A stretch of DNA of 63,945 nt, filler included, from Octopus bimaculoides (GCF_001194135.2; 7 parts of 6 records of this genome joined end to end with filler, not necessarily neighbours in it), one strand, 5' to 3'; counted from the first letter of the whole stretch, positions 46,628 to 61,126 are shown. The notes: a model not told the origin generated them from the letters alone. A program made the numbers and translations.

Positions 46628-49600
46628 GGAAGGAAGAAAATAAGGAAGACTATACGGTCGTTACTTTCCACTAAATATTCACCTTTTCCTTCTGTGCACC
46701 TCGTCTTCCTCCTCGTCTGTCTCATCGTCGCCGTCATCACCATCATCATCATTAGCAGCAGCAGCAGCAGTAGCAACGTTAAATAACAAGACCAATGAAG
46801 ATGGAGACCAGGGGTCGGTCGATGGTAAAACGAACGACGAACGAATATATAACACAGTTTGTTCATTAATTGTTTAAAAACCCGGAAATTATTACTCCAT
46901 TTGTCAGAACGTACCACCAATAACTGTTAAAGTACCCTGGAAAACAAACCAAAGAAAAAAACAAAACGGCAAACAAAAAACAAACAAAAAACCCCTATAA
47001 TATTGTTACCTCCAAACCATCACACATCTTGTCGATTGAAAAGGAAAAAAAAAGATATATACATATATATATATTTATTTATACACGGGAAAGCAAGTTC
47101 AAAATTATATATATATATATATATTATATATATATATTATATATTTTCACTGTAGTTTCTAATATTTGACTTCTGACCACCAACCGCGTTGTGTACATAC
47201 ATACACATACACATACATTCATTCATACATACATACATACATACATACATACATACATACATACATACATACATACACAGAATACCAAAGCGAACACCGG
47301 TCCATATACTTCTAAACGCAGATGTGCATATCAACACAGTTATCTCTTTCTCTCTCTCACACATTTCTCTTTCTCTCTCTCTCTCTCTTGCACAATACAT
47401 ACCACTTAATTTCACATAAGTTAAACGAAGGTACATACCTCTATATGCATTTATATTTTTAAACTACTTATACATACATTAGCATATATAACCACATATA
47501 TACATTCATATATATATATGTATATATATCGTTTATACACAGGTTTTCTTCTCAAAACATAAACATACGTTCCTAATTACCCACATACATGCGTGTATAG
47601 AATACATCGACATCTAATTACATAGATACAGCTAAATACATAAATACACGCATTTATTTATATATAGAAAGAGTGTGTTTAAATCGTTATAATAAATTTA
47701 TATCTACACAAAGATTAATATCTATATATATATATTCATATATCAGATAGAACGTACATACAAATTATTGACAAAATAATAAGCGACATTTAAATACATA
47801 TAAAATATGTGTATAAAATTCGTAGCATACCTGAGTATATGAGTAAACAAAAATTCCAGGAAGTACCAATATATGTTTATATATATATATATATCAGCAC
47901 TTTTAACTTAAAACTTCATTACACATAACTTGTCTCATGTAATATCGAAAATTTCTTTACTCCTAAAATATATGAAAATATATTTTCAAAACTTTAATTT
48001 GGCTGTGATTTTTTCGACGCACTTTATCGTAATTTAAATACATATATGATATTTTAGTTGTAGATAATAACTTGTCTCAAGAGAAACAATTTCCGTATTT
48101 TATTTTATTCCAAGTAAATTCCAGTTAAATTATGCTTGTACTTAACTTACTACTTTTGTAGTATATTTTTTACTATCTAAAATACCCATATATATATATA
48201 CATATATACATTTATATATATACAGAAAGCTGGAAAGTTTTAATAAATATTTAGTTATTTCTCAGAAAGTTTCAGTTTCTGAAAATTTCATTAAAATATT
48301 TTAATTTATTTCTTAGTTATATATTTTATTTGTTTCTTGCTCGGCATTTACATATATGTTGCATATATGTCTTTATATGTGTAGAAGATAAACACACACA
48401 CTCACACATACATATACACACACAAATAATTTGTGTACTTATATAATTCACAAATAGGTTAATATTGTATATTTGAAGTTGTTTGTTTATATACAAATAT
48501 ATATATCAATATTTTGGGAAACAGGGTTTTGTAAAAAGAAGACAGAAATCAAATGCTACTTATTATGTTTCGATAAACCGTAATGTATTTCAACCATCAA
48601 ATTTTAAAAATAAAAATAATAAATGAGAAATAACAAAGAAAATATTGCAAGATGATTGCTCAAAATATTAATTGTGGTATTGATAACGATAACGATATAG
48701 GGAGAAGATATATCGATATATTGGTAAATTTGACAACGAATACGAGCAAATCTAGTTGAAAAATATATCGATAGATTGATTGATAGATAGAGATATGATT
48801 AGAGTAAGAGTGTGTGTTAAATTAACATATAGTAAAGGTGTAGAATCTATATGTTGATCTGTTGTAGTTTGAATATATCTAATCTTCTTACATACACTTA
48901 TATATATAAACATATTGATAGATAGATAGATAGATAGATAGGTAGATAGGTAGATTTAGTCAAATATTTAGAAGCAGTTTATAAATCGACAGGTAGATAC
49001 TAGTTAGGTAGGGATATACGTACATACTTTTATAGGTAGATTCCATATCAAGAGAAACACAAGTTTCATATATATACATATATATATATATATAGGTATA
49101 TACATACATATATATGAATGTATATGTTTGAAATCAATACAACGATGATTGCATGAGGAATGCTATCGGCTGCGGTATGGATAATATCATTTAGAAAGAT
49201 TTCTAACTAATGACACGCTTTAATTTTCACCCAATCAAGGAAAGATAAAAAGAGAAGAAAAAAGTAACTACAGATAAACACGTCTGAAAACGCCATAACA
49301 TTGAAACTGTTTATAACTACTTGGTTTTTACATATTTATTCTCATGACCGAACAGTTTTATTTTTCTTCTTTTTCCTCCCGTTCAATTTGTTTACCTTGC
49401 TATTTGCTTACTGTAAGTCCTTAAGGTCACACACACACACACACACAGACAGACAGACACACGCACACACATACACACACAGAGCCACAGCCACGCAGAC
49501 ACACACGTACGTATGTACGCAATATTTAAATATCTACGTGTGCTGTAGGGGTTAGACTTAGCTCTCATTTTTAAGCGAAATTGCGGAGCCTTCTTTAACA

Positions 49601-49871
49601 AGCCCCTGTTTCGCTGATTCGTGGATAAGGGATAAGAAACATAGCGAGAAGGGTCGAAAAAAAGGTGGAGCAGGTGCGCTGAAACACGCATACGCACACA
49701 CGCACACACGCACTCACAGATTTACGCAAATACGCAAACACTCAACGCACCCATACGGACATACATATACATACGCACACATATGCACACAGAAATACAA
49801 GCACATACACAGACACAAGCATATAGTCATCCCACCTTCCTTTTATCACTCACTCTCACACACACACTCAG

Positions 49872-49902
<31 letters not shown>

Positions 49903-50503
49903 CTCTCTCTCTCTCTCTGTGATTCTCTCTTATCCCTCACTCCGTCTTTCTCTCTCACTTTCGCACAAACAAGAAAAAGTAGACAGGCGAAAAAGCTACA
50001 CACTCAATCCCGTGTTCAAATACATGCAAATATATTTATGAATATACATACACGTCTCTAATCATGGTAGCTACTATGCATCCATATATAGACTACACAC
50101 ATATATCTGACTTCATGATAGCCTTCTATTCTCCTACGTATTTATTAGAGTTTTCTACGATAGCTAAAGAGATGCTATAGCTAACAGTTATATATAGTAT
50201 TAATTTAACATCATACAGCAGTCGTTGTATATACATATATATGCATATACATATATATATATATATATATCTATACACTGCAATTATACATTGGATATAG
50301 ACACCGTAGTCTTCTCATATAAACGCAATCACTACTGTCATACGCAACATTATCAACATCATCATCATCATTAACAACAACAACAGTGATATATTACAGT
50401 GACAAAATGTATGTTAAGATACAAACAAAGCTTCACATGTTTTTTATGTGAAGTTAAAGAAAAGTGCTCGCGTTCATTCATACAGAATTATATAACCACG
50501 CAC

Positions 50504-50538
<35 letters not shown>

Positions 50539-50711
50539 TATATTTATGCATATGTATAGGAAATATATCTCCTATGTGTATCAACATATACACGTGTATA
50601 CCAATGCAACATTACTTGTATCACAAACACAACAAATTGATATAAAATACAAACCAAACTACACGTAATCGTCAACAAAATATTAACATACACAACAACA
50701 TTTTCACAGCC

Positions 50712-51283
50712 ATGTTCCATTTACCCATGCTAAACTTTTCCCCGCAGCAAGTGGCACAGGTGTGTGAAACTTTGGAGGATAGTGGTGATATTGAGAGGTT
50801 GGGACGTTTCTTGTGGTCCCTTCCAGTCAACCCGGCGGCCTCGGATGCTCTCAATAAACACGAGTCGATTCTCAGGGCGCGAGCCATTGTAGCGTACCAC
50901 ACGGGTAACTTCAGGGACTTGTACCATATTGTCGAGAACAACCAATTCACGAAAGACTCACATGCGAAGTTACAGGCCATGTGGCTCGAAGCACATTACC
51001 AGGAGGCTGAAAAACTCCGAGGTCGACCCTTGGGGCCAGTGGATAAATATCGGGTCCGCAAGAAATTTCCTTTGCCCAGAACGATTTGGGACGGAGAGCA
51101 AAAGACGCATTGTTTTAAGGAAAGGACGCGTAATCTCTTACGAGAGTGGTACCTACAAGACCCGTATCCAAATCCAACTAAGAAGAGAGAATTAGCCCAA
51201 GCCACAGGTCTCACACCGACTCAAGTTGGAAATTGGTTTAAAAATAGACGCCAAAGGGATAGAGCAGCTGCCGCCAAGAACAG
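50712..51283 (+). CDS. Six3/6: Six3/6 (Optix-type) SINE-class homeobox gene, exon 1 (SIX domain and homeodomain)
   Basis: [22 protein letters not shown]...[15 protein letters not shown] (QKTH is diagnostic for Six3/6, versus ETSY in Six1/2 and ETVY in Six4/5)...[17 protein letters not shown]. Good Kozak context (acagccATG). Phase-2 donor AG|GTAAAT at 51283/51284, the conserved intron position after KNR. Exon 2 was not found. Confidence 0.97.
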
Positions 51284-51531
51284 GTAAATTCTATGATAAA
51301 AAAAAAAAAAACACAAAAAAGAGGAAAAAGAAGGGTTATATTTATTTTGCATTGTATTATGTTTTAAATTCTTAATTATTCTGTTTTCTTCATATATGTT
51401 TCTTAATATTTAAACATGTCATATATATATANNNNNNNNNNNNNNNNNNNNNNNNNNNNNNNNNNNNNNNNNNNNTTAATTAATTAANNNNNNNNNNNNN
51501 NNNNNNNNNNNNNNNNNNNNNNNNNNNNNNN

Positions 51532-51860
51532 GCCAGCAACCGAAAAGCGCCTCCATTGCTGCCGTCCACATCCAGGACAACCAGTCTACCCTCCGGGTCC
51601 GTAAATATCGTCTTTACTTGGAGATCCAGACTCTTGCGAAAAAGAACCACCGTGCCACTACCGCCCATCCTCGGCCGACAGGGAGAAAAATAAATGTTAA
51701 ACTGTCCGCCAAACATGGACTTTACGGCCCGCGGTTCATGGAGTCTGGTCTCACTAACGGCTATGATATCCAAATTGTGTGACTTGATGTCATTTAAGAG
51801 GTACCCTTGTTTCCAAGGGGACCCCAAGCCACCTACATTTATACTGCCTATTTTGAGCAT
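51532..51860 (-). mobile_element. Tx1/L1-clade LINE ORF2 5' end (APE endonuclease), uninterrupted up to the gap
   Basis: MLKIGSINVGGL...DIIAVSETR...GTVVLF...DPEGRLVVLDV; same family as 15776. Confidence 0.88.
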
Positions 51861-51931
51861 GATTCTATCAAAATTTGTGCTTTACACACGAAAGGAGAGA
51901 GAGAGAGTTACTTACTGTCCGAAAGTTCTTG

Positions 51932-51993
<62 letters not shown>

Positions 51994-54002
51994 TCGAAGA
52001 GATTGGAGTAAGAGCAAATATTAAAATCCATATTCTTTACAAAATTTGTAGCGACAGGAATGGAATGGCCTTGCTTTAAATTAAGATTGCAATGGTAATT
52101 CGATGTTAAGTTTCCCTGCACTTTATCGTTCTCATCGAGACTTTTGCGATGCATTTCTAGCACATAATGTAAGCATGTCGTTTTATAACTGAAAGATTTG
52201 TTGTTTAAAATGATATATGATACCGTCAGTGACACCTGAGTTATGAAACACAAAATAAGCATATATGCATTACATATATTGAACATGTATTGAGAGTTTA
52301 TTCTTTAAATTATATGCTTCACTGATTTATCATGCCTGATAATCTGCTTGCATCTTTGCCTCAACATCAAATGCGGTATCCTTACGATAGTAACAGGAAA
52401 TTCATTTTACTCTATAATTTATAGATATCTAGACTAGCAGAAATAAGTTAAGTAATTTTACACTGGATGTCATAGGACAGGAAAATGAGATTTGATATAG
52501 CTTTTGTGCATATCAAGAAAAGGGGAAAAAATGCTATCTACTTTCATGCCATAGAAATTCTGCTCAATTGAGGAAACTGCCGTAAATCAATCAGAAATAG
52601 GAAGAAAAATAGGTAAAACAGCAATAGATTAATTCTACACTGGCAGATCACAAAATCATGTTTTCCCGAAACAGGGTTACAGAAATACATTTTGATACAA
52701 ACCAGATTTGAACTTGGTCCACTTGTTATTTGGTGTGTGGGTATGTTAATCATATCTTGCATCCGATTGATATGGATTATCTTTCAGTCAATATACAGAT
52801 CATTTCTTCAGACGAAGGTGATTCCCTTCTATTTATCTAACGTCAATATATATTAATAGCCGTAGTTGTACGTGTTGCCTTGGTTGTGTAAGACTGATTA
52901 AAGTAAAACGAATTGAAATTTGAACGAAGAACGTACATAGAAAATAGCTTTATCCCATCTTTTTCGGTTTTCTTCCGTTTGTAGAAAGTTGGGAATCGCT
53001 GACTAGACAATGCAATAAAAGACAGCAACTCATTATTACTCTACATATAATGAAAACGAGAATAGCTGAATTAACTGGTACCTGATAACCACTCACGATG
53101 GCTTTCTTGGGCAATCCTTTGTCAGATAAAATGTCTTGAGGTTTACACTAGCATGTAGTATAGCATACAATACTAAATAATTTTCAGTAACGAAAGGTAT
53201 TTTAAAACATTCTACATTTCGTGTTTTAAATGCAGAATTGTGTTTTTCTAATGTAATGCAAAGCTAGTATATTAATTTTGTGGAAGCGTTGAACGTAATA
53301 CCTAAAACTGTCTCCTTCGTGCGTAGCATCTTTACTATCTTCAGTATACACATCTTATTTATTTTCCTTTGGCCGACTTCTTATTCTAGCGTTTACATTT
53401 CTAGATGCAGTTTAAGACGGTTCTGAAAGTGATCTTCAATCCTTTCCTATAAGCCCATAACATGGAACGGATTCAAAAGATTTAGTGACGTCGAATTTAG
53501 TTGCAATGATGTGTGGGAGAATTTTGTCATTAAATACATGAAGTGTCTTTTGTGTTAATTTGTGAATGGGGTATAGTGTCAATCTGACAGTTATGTGTGA
53601 TAGTGACGCCAACGATTCGACTTTAAAGAGTTTTGAAGATGAGGGCGTGTAGTCATTTTTCTATTATTTTTCTGAGTAACATCATTATTATGCTATTACC
53701 TGTCTTTAGGTATATCATTATTGTGTTTGTGGGGAGAGTTTCAAAAGGTGTCTGCAATCATTCTTTCTGATCCAATGAAATATTATGTGTGTTTTTGTAA
53801 TAACTGCAAGATTTTAGTTCTTTTCATTTTTCTAGTTTTCTATTTTTTGTTACTTGATTACAATATTTCTTTTTAGGGTTTTCCGTAGGTATCGGAGTTA
53901 TAAAGTTTAGGAACGTTCATTTTAAAAGCATAAAAGCCAGCTACAACATGCACTCTACGGCTCACAGCTCAATTATGCACACACACACATACGCACAAAC
54001 AG

Positions 54003-54033
<31 letters not shown>

Positions 54034-55304
54034 GACAAACACACACACACGCACGCACACACACACACACACACACACAAATATATATATATATATATAT
54101 ANNNNNNNNNNNNNNNNNNNNNNNNNNNNNNNNNNNNNNNNNNNNNNNNNNNNNNNNNNNNNNNNNNNNNNNNNNNNNNNNNNNNNNNNNNNNNNNNNNN
54201 NNNNNNNNNNNNNNNNNNNNNNNNNNNNNNNNNNNNNNNNNNNNGAAGAATTACAATTTATGCGATCCATAGGAATCGTCGATGTTAAAAATGAAAACTT
54301 CTCCTCGGGGAATGTATGGGAACCATCTTAAACGTAAGACATTATGACCGAGTATGATAACTATAGTTGGAGAAGTTTATAACGTAATTCATTTGAAAAA
54401 ACCGTTGGAGATTAGGACGCTACCAGATAGTACATTGGACAAGAAGGGAAGAAAAAAATAAGAAAAGAAAAAAGAAAAAAAAGAGAAAGAAAATTCAGAG
54501 TGTAGAGTTGGGAGAAGATAGGCTGATATAAATCCGATAAAAATTGGACAGGAATGTTATGTAATAAAAAGGCATTATAAATGGGTTTAATCTTGTGTTT
54601 CTACAAAAATATTGAGATGAGTGAATATAGCTATTCTATACTTATGTGTATGCTCATATATACACACAAACAAATCCACATTTACTCCCATAAGTTCATG
54701 AATGTATATTTATATACATACCGACGGAAGTTGCCGAAAGATTGTCAAACGATTGTCAAACGATTTGACATTTAAAGAACTTGTACCGAAGGATCGCCTT
54801 TTATTTTTATTTTTATTTTTATCTCTACTTTTATTGCTATTATTTATAAAAAATATATAGATATGCATATGCGTACGCTTAATTGGATGTATGTATATTT
54901 TTATGTACAGATATATTTATGCATACATTTCTTTATATATTCATATATGAGTGTATTTGTGAATTTGTATGGTTGCATATTTGTGTATGGGTATTTTTAT
55001 ATATGTAAATATATATATGTATCTGGGTATGTGTATGTATGTGTATATATAGGTATGTATGTGTGTGTATATGGATGTGTATACATGTTTATATACGTGG
55101 GTGTGTATATGTGTATATATATCTATATATATATATACTTTTATATATTTATGTATGTAGTTGTGTGTATTTGTATTTGTAATGTATATGTGTATATATA
55201 TGTATGAATGCATATGTATATATGTGTGTTTATGTTTGTGTGTATGGGTATGTGTATATGTGTATATGTGTGTATACAGACACACACACACACACACACA
55301 TATA

Positions 55305-55341
<37 letters not shown>

Positions 55342-55441
55342 NNNNNNNNNNNNNNNNNNNNNNNNNNNNNNNNNNNNNNNNNNNNTTAATTAATTAANNN
55401 NNNNNNNNNNNNNNNNNNNNNNNNNNNNNNNNNNNNNNNNN

Positions 55442-55476
<35 letters not shown>

Positions 55477-55650
55477 TATATACATATATATATACATGTC
55501 TATATATGTATACATGTCTATATATGTATACATATCTATATATGTATACATATATATATATATATATGTATACATAAATATATTGATACGAACGCAGACA
55601 AAAAGAACAAAAACATTATGTCCCTTTTCCATTAGCTGGGTTCGAAACGG

Positions 55651-58600
55651 TGTTCTAGATGTTCAGGCCAGTGGTATTCCCATTGCCCTGTCAAGGAGCA
55701 TGGTTGTTTATGGCCGTAGGCACTTGATCTCTGGCTCTCTACAGTCACAGAGAGTTTACAGAAAATAAAAACAATGACAGAGAAACCCAGTTTTGGAAGG
55801 AAAACACGCACTGTTACGTACGGTATGCATCTCTTTCTGGCTGGATGGCCTCATATTTACAGGTGCGGAGAGAGAGATAGAGAGAGACAGATAGGGACAG
55901 AGACAAACAGGGGCAGAGAGAGACGAGAACTGTAGCGAATTGACAAGTTATGTAGCCAGGTTTTGCCGAAGTTGCAGATACAAAAAAAAAGAAAGGAACT
56001 TTGTTGCCGGTAAATGTTTTTGTGTATTAAAAGAAAACGTACTTTAGAAAAGAAAGAAGTTTGAATTGTTAACTGTGTTTTTAAAAGAAAAGAAACAGAG
56101 ATAAAAACTGTGTTGTTTTAGAAGAAAAGAGAAAAACAAAAGAACTGTTATAAATGTTTGAAAAAAAGTTAAGATTTGTGTCACTAAATGTTTTAAAAGA
56201 ATTTTTTTAAAAAGAGAGAACTGTGCTGTTAAATGTTTTAGAAAAAGAGGAAAAAGAAAAGAACTAACTGTGTTATAAATGTTTGAAGAAAAAAAAAAGA
56301 TCTGTGTTATTAAATGTTTGAAAATTAAAGGAGAAAACAAAAAGAAAAGAACTTTGTGATGTTAAATGCTTTTAAAAGAAAGGGAAAAAAGGAAGAGAAC
56401 TTTGTGTTAAATGCTAAATGTGTTTTTTTAAAGGAACGAAGGAAAGAAAAAAAGAACTTTCCAAAGAACTCTTGCTGTTGAATGTTTAAAAAAATATATT
56501 CTGACGACGCAACGTTTAGTGTGTTTTTTTGTTGTTGTTGGCGGCACTACTGGCTTCGTTTGGCTACTTCACCGTCCGGAACAGGTTTCCGATTTACTGA
56601 GCGTTGTCGCACGCGAGCTTCTCTGGGCCAGCAAAATGTAGGCTGTTTGTGTGGAGACCAGTGGTGACATCGGAGGTGCGGCACAACAACTGGTGTCAGA
56701 AGTGGGATATTCATTACTGCATTGAGTCAGTTATCCGCTATGGCCTCGGATGGAGCACGTACAAGGAGCCAAACAAGGAAGGAAGAGATAACCCTGGCTA
56801 CAATTGTCCAAATGTTAAAAGAGCAGAAAACGCAGCTGGAAACGTATATGGGAAGAATGGAAAAAGGGTAACAGTGGTTGCAGCAAAATCACCAAGCATT
56901 TAAGAATGGAGAAGAGTCTGCTTTTAAGGGTGAGTGCTGGATATGTTGTAAAAATGGACACATAAGCTTCGAGTGCCCAACAAGAGAGAAGGAAAGAGTA
57001 ATGGAAAATAAAGAAAGTGAGCCGGAGAAACTACCGAGCCTAAGGCTGCTGAACCTGAAGTAGTTGCTGTTGCCATTCCATATCGTAATTGCTCCAAGGT
57101 CTGGGCCCGGATCTCCTGGGGTTCAGGGTAGCTGTGCAGTCCCCATTAGGAAGAAGTCACAGGCGTCGATGGCTTGTCAGCTGGACTTGCGTTCCATGAA
57201 GCTTTCGGTGCAGGGAATACCAGTCCCTGTTAAGGTGGTAAAGCGGACCGCACCTGGTAGCGAGGTAAGAGCGCTACGGACGACAGTAATACCACCGAGA
57301 TCGGAAAAAACTGCTCCAGTGTCATGCGAGTGACCCGTTTAATGGCTGCCTGCGGCTGGTGGAGCACGACAGACGATGCAAGATGAAAGCAGGNNNNNNN
57401 NNNNNNNNNNNNNNNNNNNNNNNNNNNNNNNNNNNNNNNNNNNNNNNNNNNNNNNNNNNNNNNNNNNNNNNNNNNNNNNNNNNNNNNNNNNNNNNNNNNN
57501 NNNNNNNNNNNNNNNNNNNNNNNNNNNNNNNNNNNNNNNNNNNNNNNNNNNNNNNNNNNNNNNNNNNNNNNNNNNNNNNNNNNNNNNNNNNNNNNNNNNN
57601 NNNNNNNNNNNNNNNNNNNNNNNNNNNNNNNNNNNNNNNNNNNNNAAGGTGGTGGTCTGCCTGTGCATTTACAGGATCGGTTCATACGGAGTCGTCAGTA
57701 CTTAGATGGCGCTCAGGTGTTACAGTTGAGGCAGCTGCTAACGAGGTGTGCTGATGTGTTCCCTGCAGGAGATCTAGACCTTGGTTGTACGGACCTGGTG
57801 GAGCACCATATCGACACGAGCGGCTAGCTCGGAGGATGGCCCCGGTTCAGCGACGAGAAATGGAGGAAGTGGTGGAGGAATATCAACGACAGGGAGTAGT
57901 GGAAAAGTCGAACAGTTCCTGGTCATCAGTAATTGTTTGAGTGCGGAAGGAAGACGGTACAGCGCGATGCTGCGTGGATTATAGAGCGATAAATTAAGTG
58001 GCAGTGAAGGATTGGCCGGTTTCTACTTATGTAAGGGAGTTGAGGAATCTCTGAGGACTGTGCACCTATTATAGGCGCTTTATAGAAAACTTTGCGACGT
58101 TGGCTGCACCATTGCACAAGCTACTGAGTGGACTGCCATGCCATAGGGCGCTTTTGACGGACTCAAACATGCGCCAGCGAGTTCGCCGGTGTTGCCGTAC
58201 CCGGAACTGAGCAAGCCTTTCATACTGGACTGTGACGTCAGTAGCCATGGTATTGGTGGAGTACTGTCTCGGAGGAAGGGTGACAGGGAATATGTGGTGG
58301 CGTATTACGGTAAAAAGCTTAGCCCACCCGAGCGAAACTACTGTGTAACCCGTAAGGAGCTTTTGGCGGTGATGAAGAGCGTCGACTTTTTTCATCCATA
58401 CCTGTACGGTTCCCACTTTACCATCAGAACAGACCATGCAGCACTCAAGTGGTTGAAGACACTGTGGAACCCGGAGCGACAATATTGCACGCTGGCTAGG
58501 GAAACTGGACCAGCACAACTATGAAATACAGCACCGTCTGGGGCAGGTACATGGTAATGCTGATAGCTTGAGTCGTCGTCCTTGTAAATCGGACCGCGAG

Positions 58601-59045
58601 CATTGTGCAGGAAGGGTGCAACCGTACTGCAATGACTGGACATGTGTCAACTGGAGAATTACAGAAGAGCAGACGGGAGTTGCCGACGTAAGACCAGAGG
58701 CAGTGAGACCACCGGGGCGAGGAACTGCCCAGGGAAACCTCCAGCTATGTGAAACACCTGCAAGAGAAGCTGACTGAAGTACACCAGCAAGTTAGAGAAG
58801 AGCTGAAGTTTTCGGGTGAAGTGATGAAGCGTCGGCATGACACCAGGGCTAGTGAGATCGATTTTAAGGATGGTGATGAAGTATGGTTTCATAAACGCCA
58901 GCGGAAGAGAGGGCAGTCACCGAAGTCCATAGGAAGGACCTTATACCATGATGAATCGCCTGTCCGATGTGACGTACCGGATTCGAGGAGGCAGGAGGAC
59001 TTCTCCAAAAATTGTGCATGCAAACTGTCTGGAAAACTAGTTACA
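55651..59045 (+). mobile_element. Ty3/gypsy LTR retrotransposon remnant (5' LTR, PBS, gag knuckle, deleted pol)
   Basis: LTR ends ...CA at about 56688 (start uncertain). PBS TGGTGTCAGAAGTGGGAT at 56691-56708. CCHC knuckle CWICCKNGHISFEC; RT remnant (VDYRAIN); RNase H FILDCDVS...ERNYCVTRKELLAV...TDHAALKWL; integrase largely deleted; no 3' LTR recognised. Confidence 0.88.
56691..56708 (+). promoter_or_regulatory. Primer-binding site (tRNA-Leu type)
   Basis: An 18-mer complementary to a tRNA-Leu 3' end (...ATCCCACTTCTGACACCA), 2 nt after the LTR-terminal CA. Confidence 0.75.
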
Positions 59046-59847
59046 TACTTAGAGTGTTGAATAAGTCGATAATAGGGCTCCTGGAAGGGATTCTTATATC
59101 TGCTACAAATACGTAATATATTATTTTTAAACATCCAAGGGAAATAACCCCTTCTCTCATGAAAGGGATCCTTATATATATATAGCCAAGGGAAATAACC
59201 CATTCATGTTTGTAAATCATTTCGTATAAATCAAATTGAGTATGCTTATTTCTTAGTATTTAAACTATTTGAGTTATTTTCGCAATTCATCCAGTACAAT
59301 GCTTAAAAAAGTAAATAGTATTTTCCTAAACAATAGATCCACTTATTTTGGTTACGGGCTTATTGACGAGTATACCAATGCTAGCGCCACTGAGGGTAAT
59401 ACCCTCTGAGAACATACAAAAGCTTTTTTCAGACATATTTACTTTGAATTGTTATTATCTCATATCTCATTAGCCAGTTATTACATAACATGCTTCACAA
59501 TTTTAGTATACATACCTTACTAGTATTTCCTCCTAAGTTCTATATACCCAGAGAACGTATTAAGGCCCTTTTCGGGGCAACTTTATTTGAATTCTTACTA
59601 TCGGTTAATTAATTTCATGTTATTACATAACTGACTTCACAATTTGGGTATTCATAACTTTTTGGAAATTCCTATAAACAAGATCCTGGGCAAGACAGTT
59701 CGGTATTCTCAATAAATACACAAAAACCGTTTTAAGAGCTACATACTTTGTATTGTTGTTACTGGATTAGCGAAACAATTATGAGAACGGACCAAGGGAT
59801 AAGCCCAGCTTTCCCGGGAATTACCTGGTACGTCAGCTAGTATAGAC

Positions 59848-59878
<31 letters not shown>

Positions 59879-59924
59879 CACATATATACACACACATATA
59901 TATACATATATATATACACACACA

Positions 59925-60045
59925 AATTAACTCCAGGACTTATTCTTTGTAAGCCAAGTACTTATTCTATTGGCCTCTTTTGCTGAACTGCTAAGAAACG
60001 GGGCGTAAATACACTAACATCGGTTCCCAAGTGATGGTAGGGGGA

Positions 60046-60091
<46 letters not shown>

Positions 60092-60157
60092 CAACGGGCT
60101 TCTTTCAGTTTCCCTCTACCAAATCCACTCACAAGGCTTTCGTTGGCCCGAGGTTAT
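59925..60157 (-). mobile_element. SINE family A partial copy
   Basis: Reverse complement of the family A body; cut by the linker. Confidence 0.8.
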
Positions 60158-60418
60158 NNNNNNNNNNNNNNNNNNNNNNNNNNNNNNNNNNNNNNNNNNN
60201 NTTAATTAATTAANNNNNNNNNNNNNNNNNNNNNNNNNNNNNNNNNNNNNNNNNNNNGATCGAACTCCCCCCCTTTTTCCCTTCCTACGATCCCTTTTGA
60301 TCGACACACCCCTACTCTTTTTTTCTCTCTTTCCTTTCCCCCTCTCAAAAAGAAAAGCTCTTCATTGTATTTGTCCCATCTTTGTTGAGCCCTGTGTGGC
60401 TAATAAAAGAAATGTATC

Positions 60419-60458
<40 letters not shown>

Positions 60459-61063
60459 CATACATACATACTTACATCGTGGTTGTCTGCTCCTTATTAA
60501 GAGTCTAGCCACCTCTTGCACTTACACATTAGATCCATCATGGCGTCTGATGTGGCATTTTAAACCAGACAATGTATTAAAAAGACACCCGCATGGGTTG
60601 AGAAGGAATTGCAATTGTGGCACAACGCGTATAGGCGAAAATACTTTTAATAAATCAAAAATTTAATTTATTTACCTGTATTTGTCAATGTCGTTTATAT
60701 ATGTCACTAGCCACTCTGTGTCCGTAACCAGATTTCCTTTAAATTATGCCAACTACCTAGGTCACGAAAGTGTTCTACTCTTTCTGTATAAGTTCAAGTT
60801 CCTTGGCTACAACAGATATGGCACCTATTGAGAGAGAAACACATGCCCTCAACTGTGCGTATCTCCTCTTCTCATACAGAGTTTGTCTCAATTCAATTGC
60901 CATTTGGTCGTTATGACACATACTCAGGTGGCCAGACGGCGGAGATAATTCTAATAAATCAAGAATTCATGTTCTATGGTATTTGATATACCTGTATTAG
61001 TGTGCTTAATACGCATATATATATATATATATAATACAAAGGATATATATTGCATATGTTGCA

Positions 61064-61126
<63 letters not shown>

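Noticed and set aside
54245-54331. EELQFMRSIG...WEPS* as Six3/6 exon 2
   Set aside because: No acceptor AG in the phase required, the 5' side is in a gap, and there is no recognisable homology.
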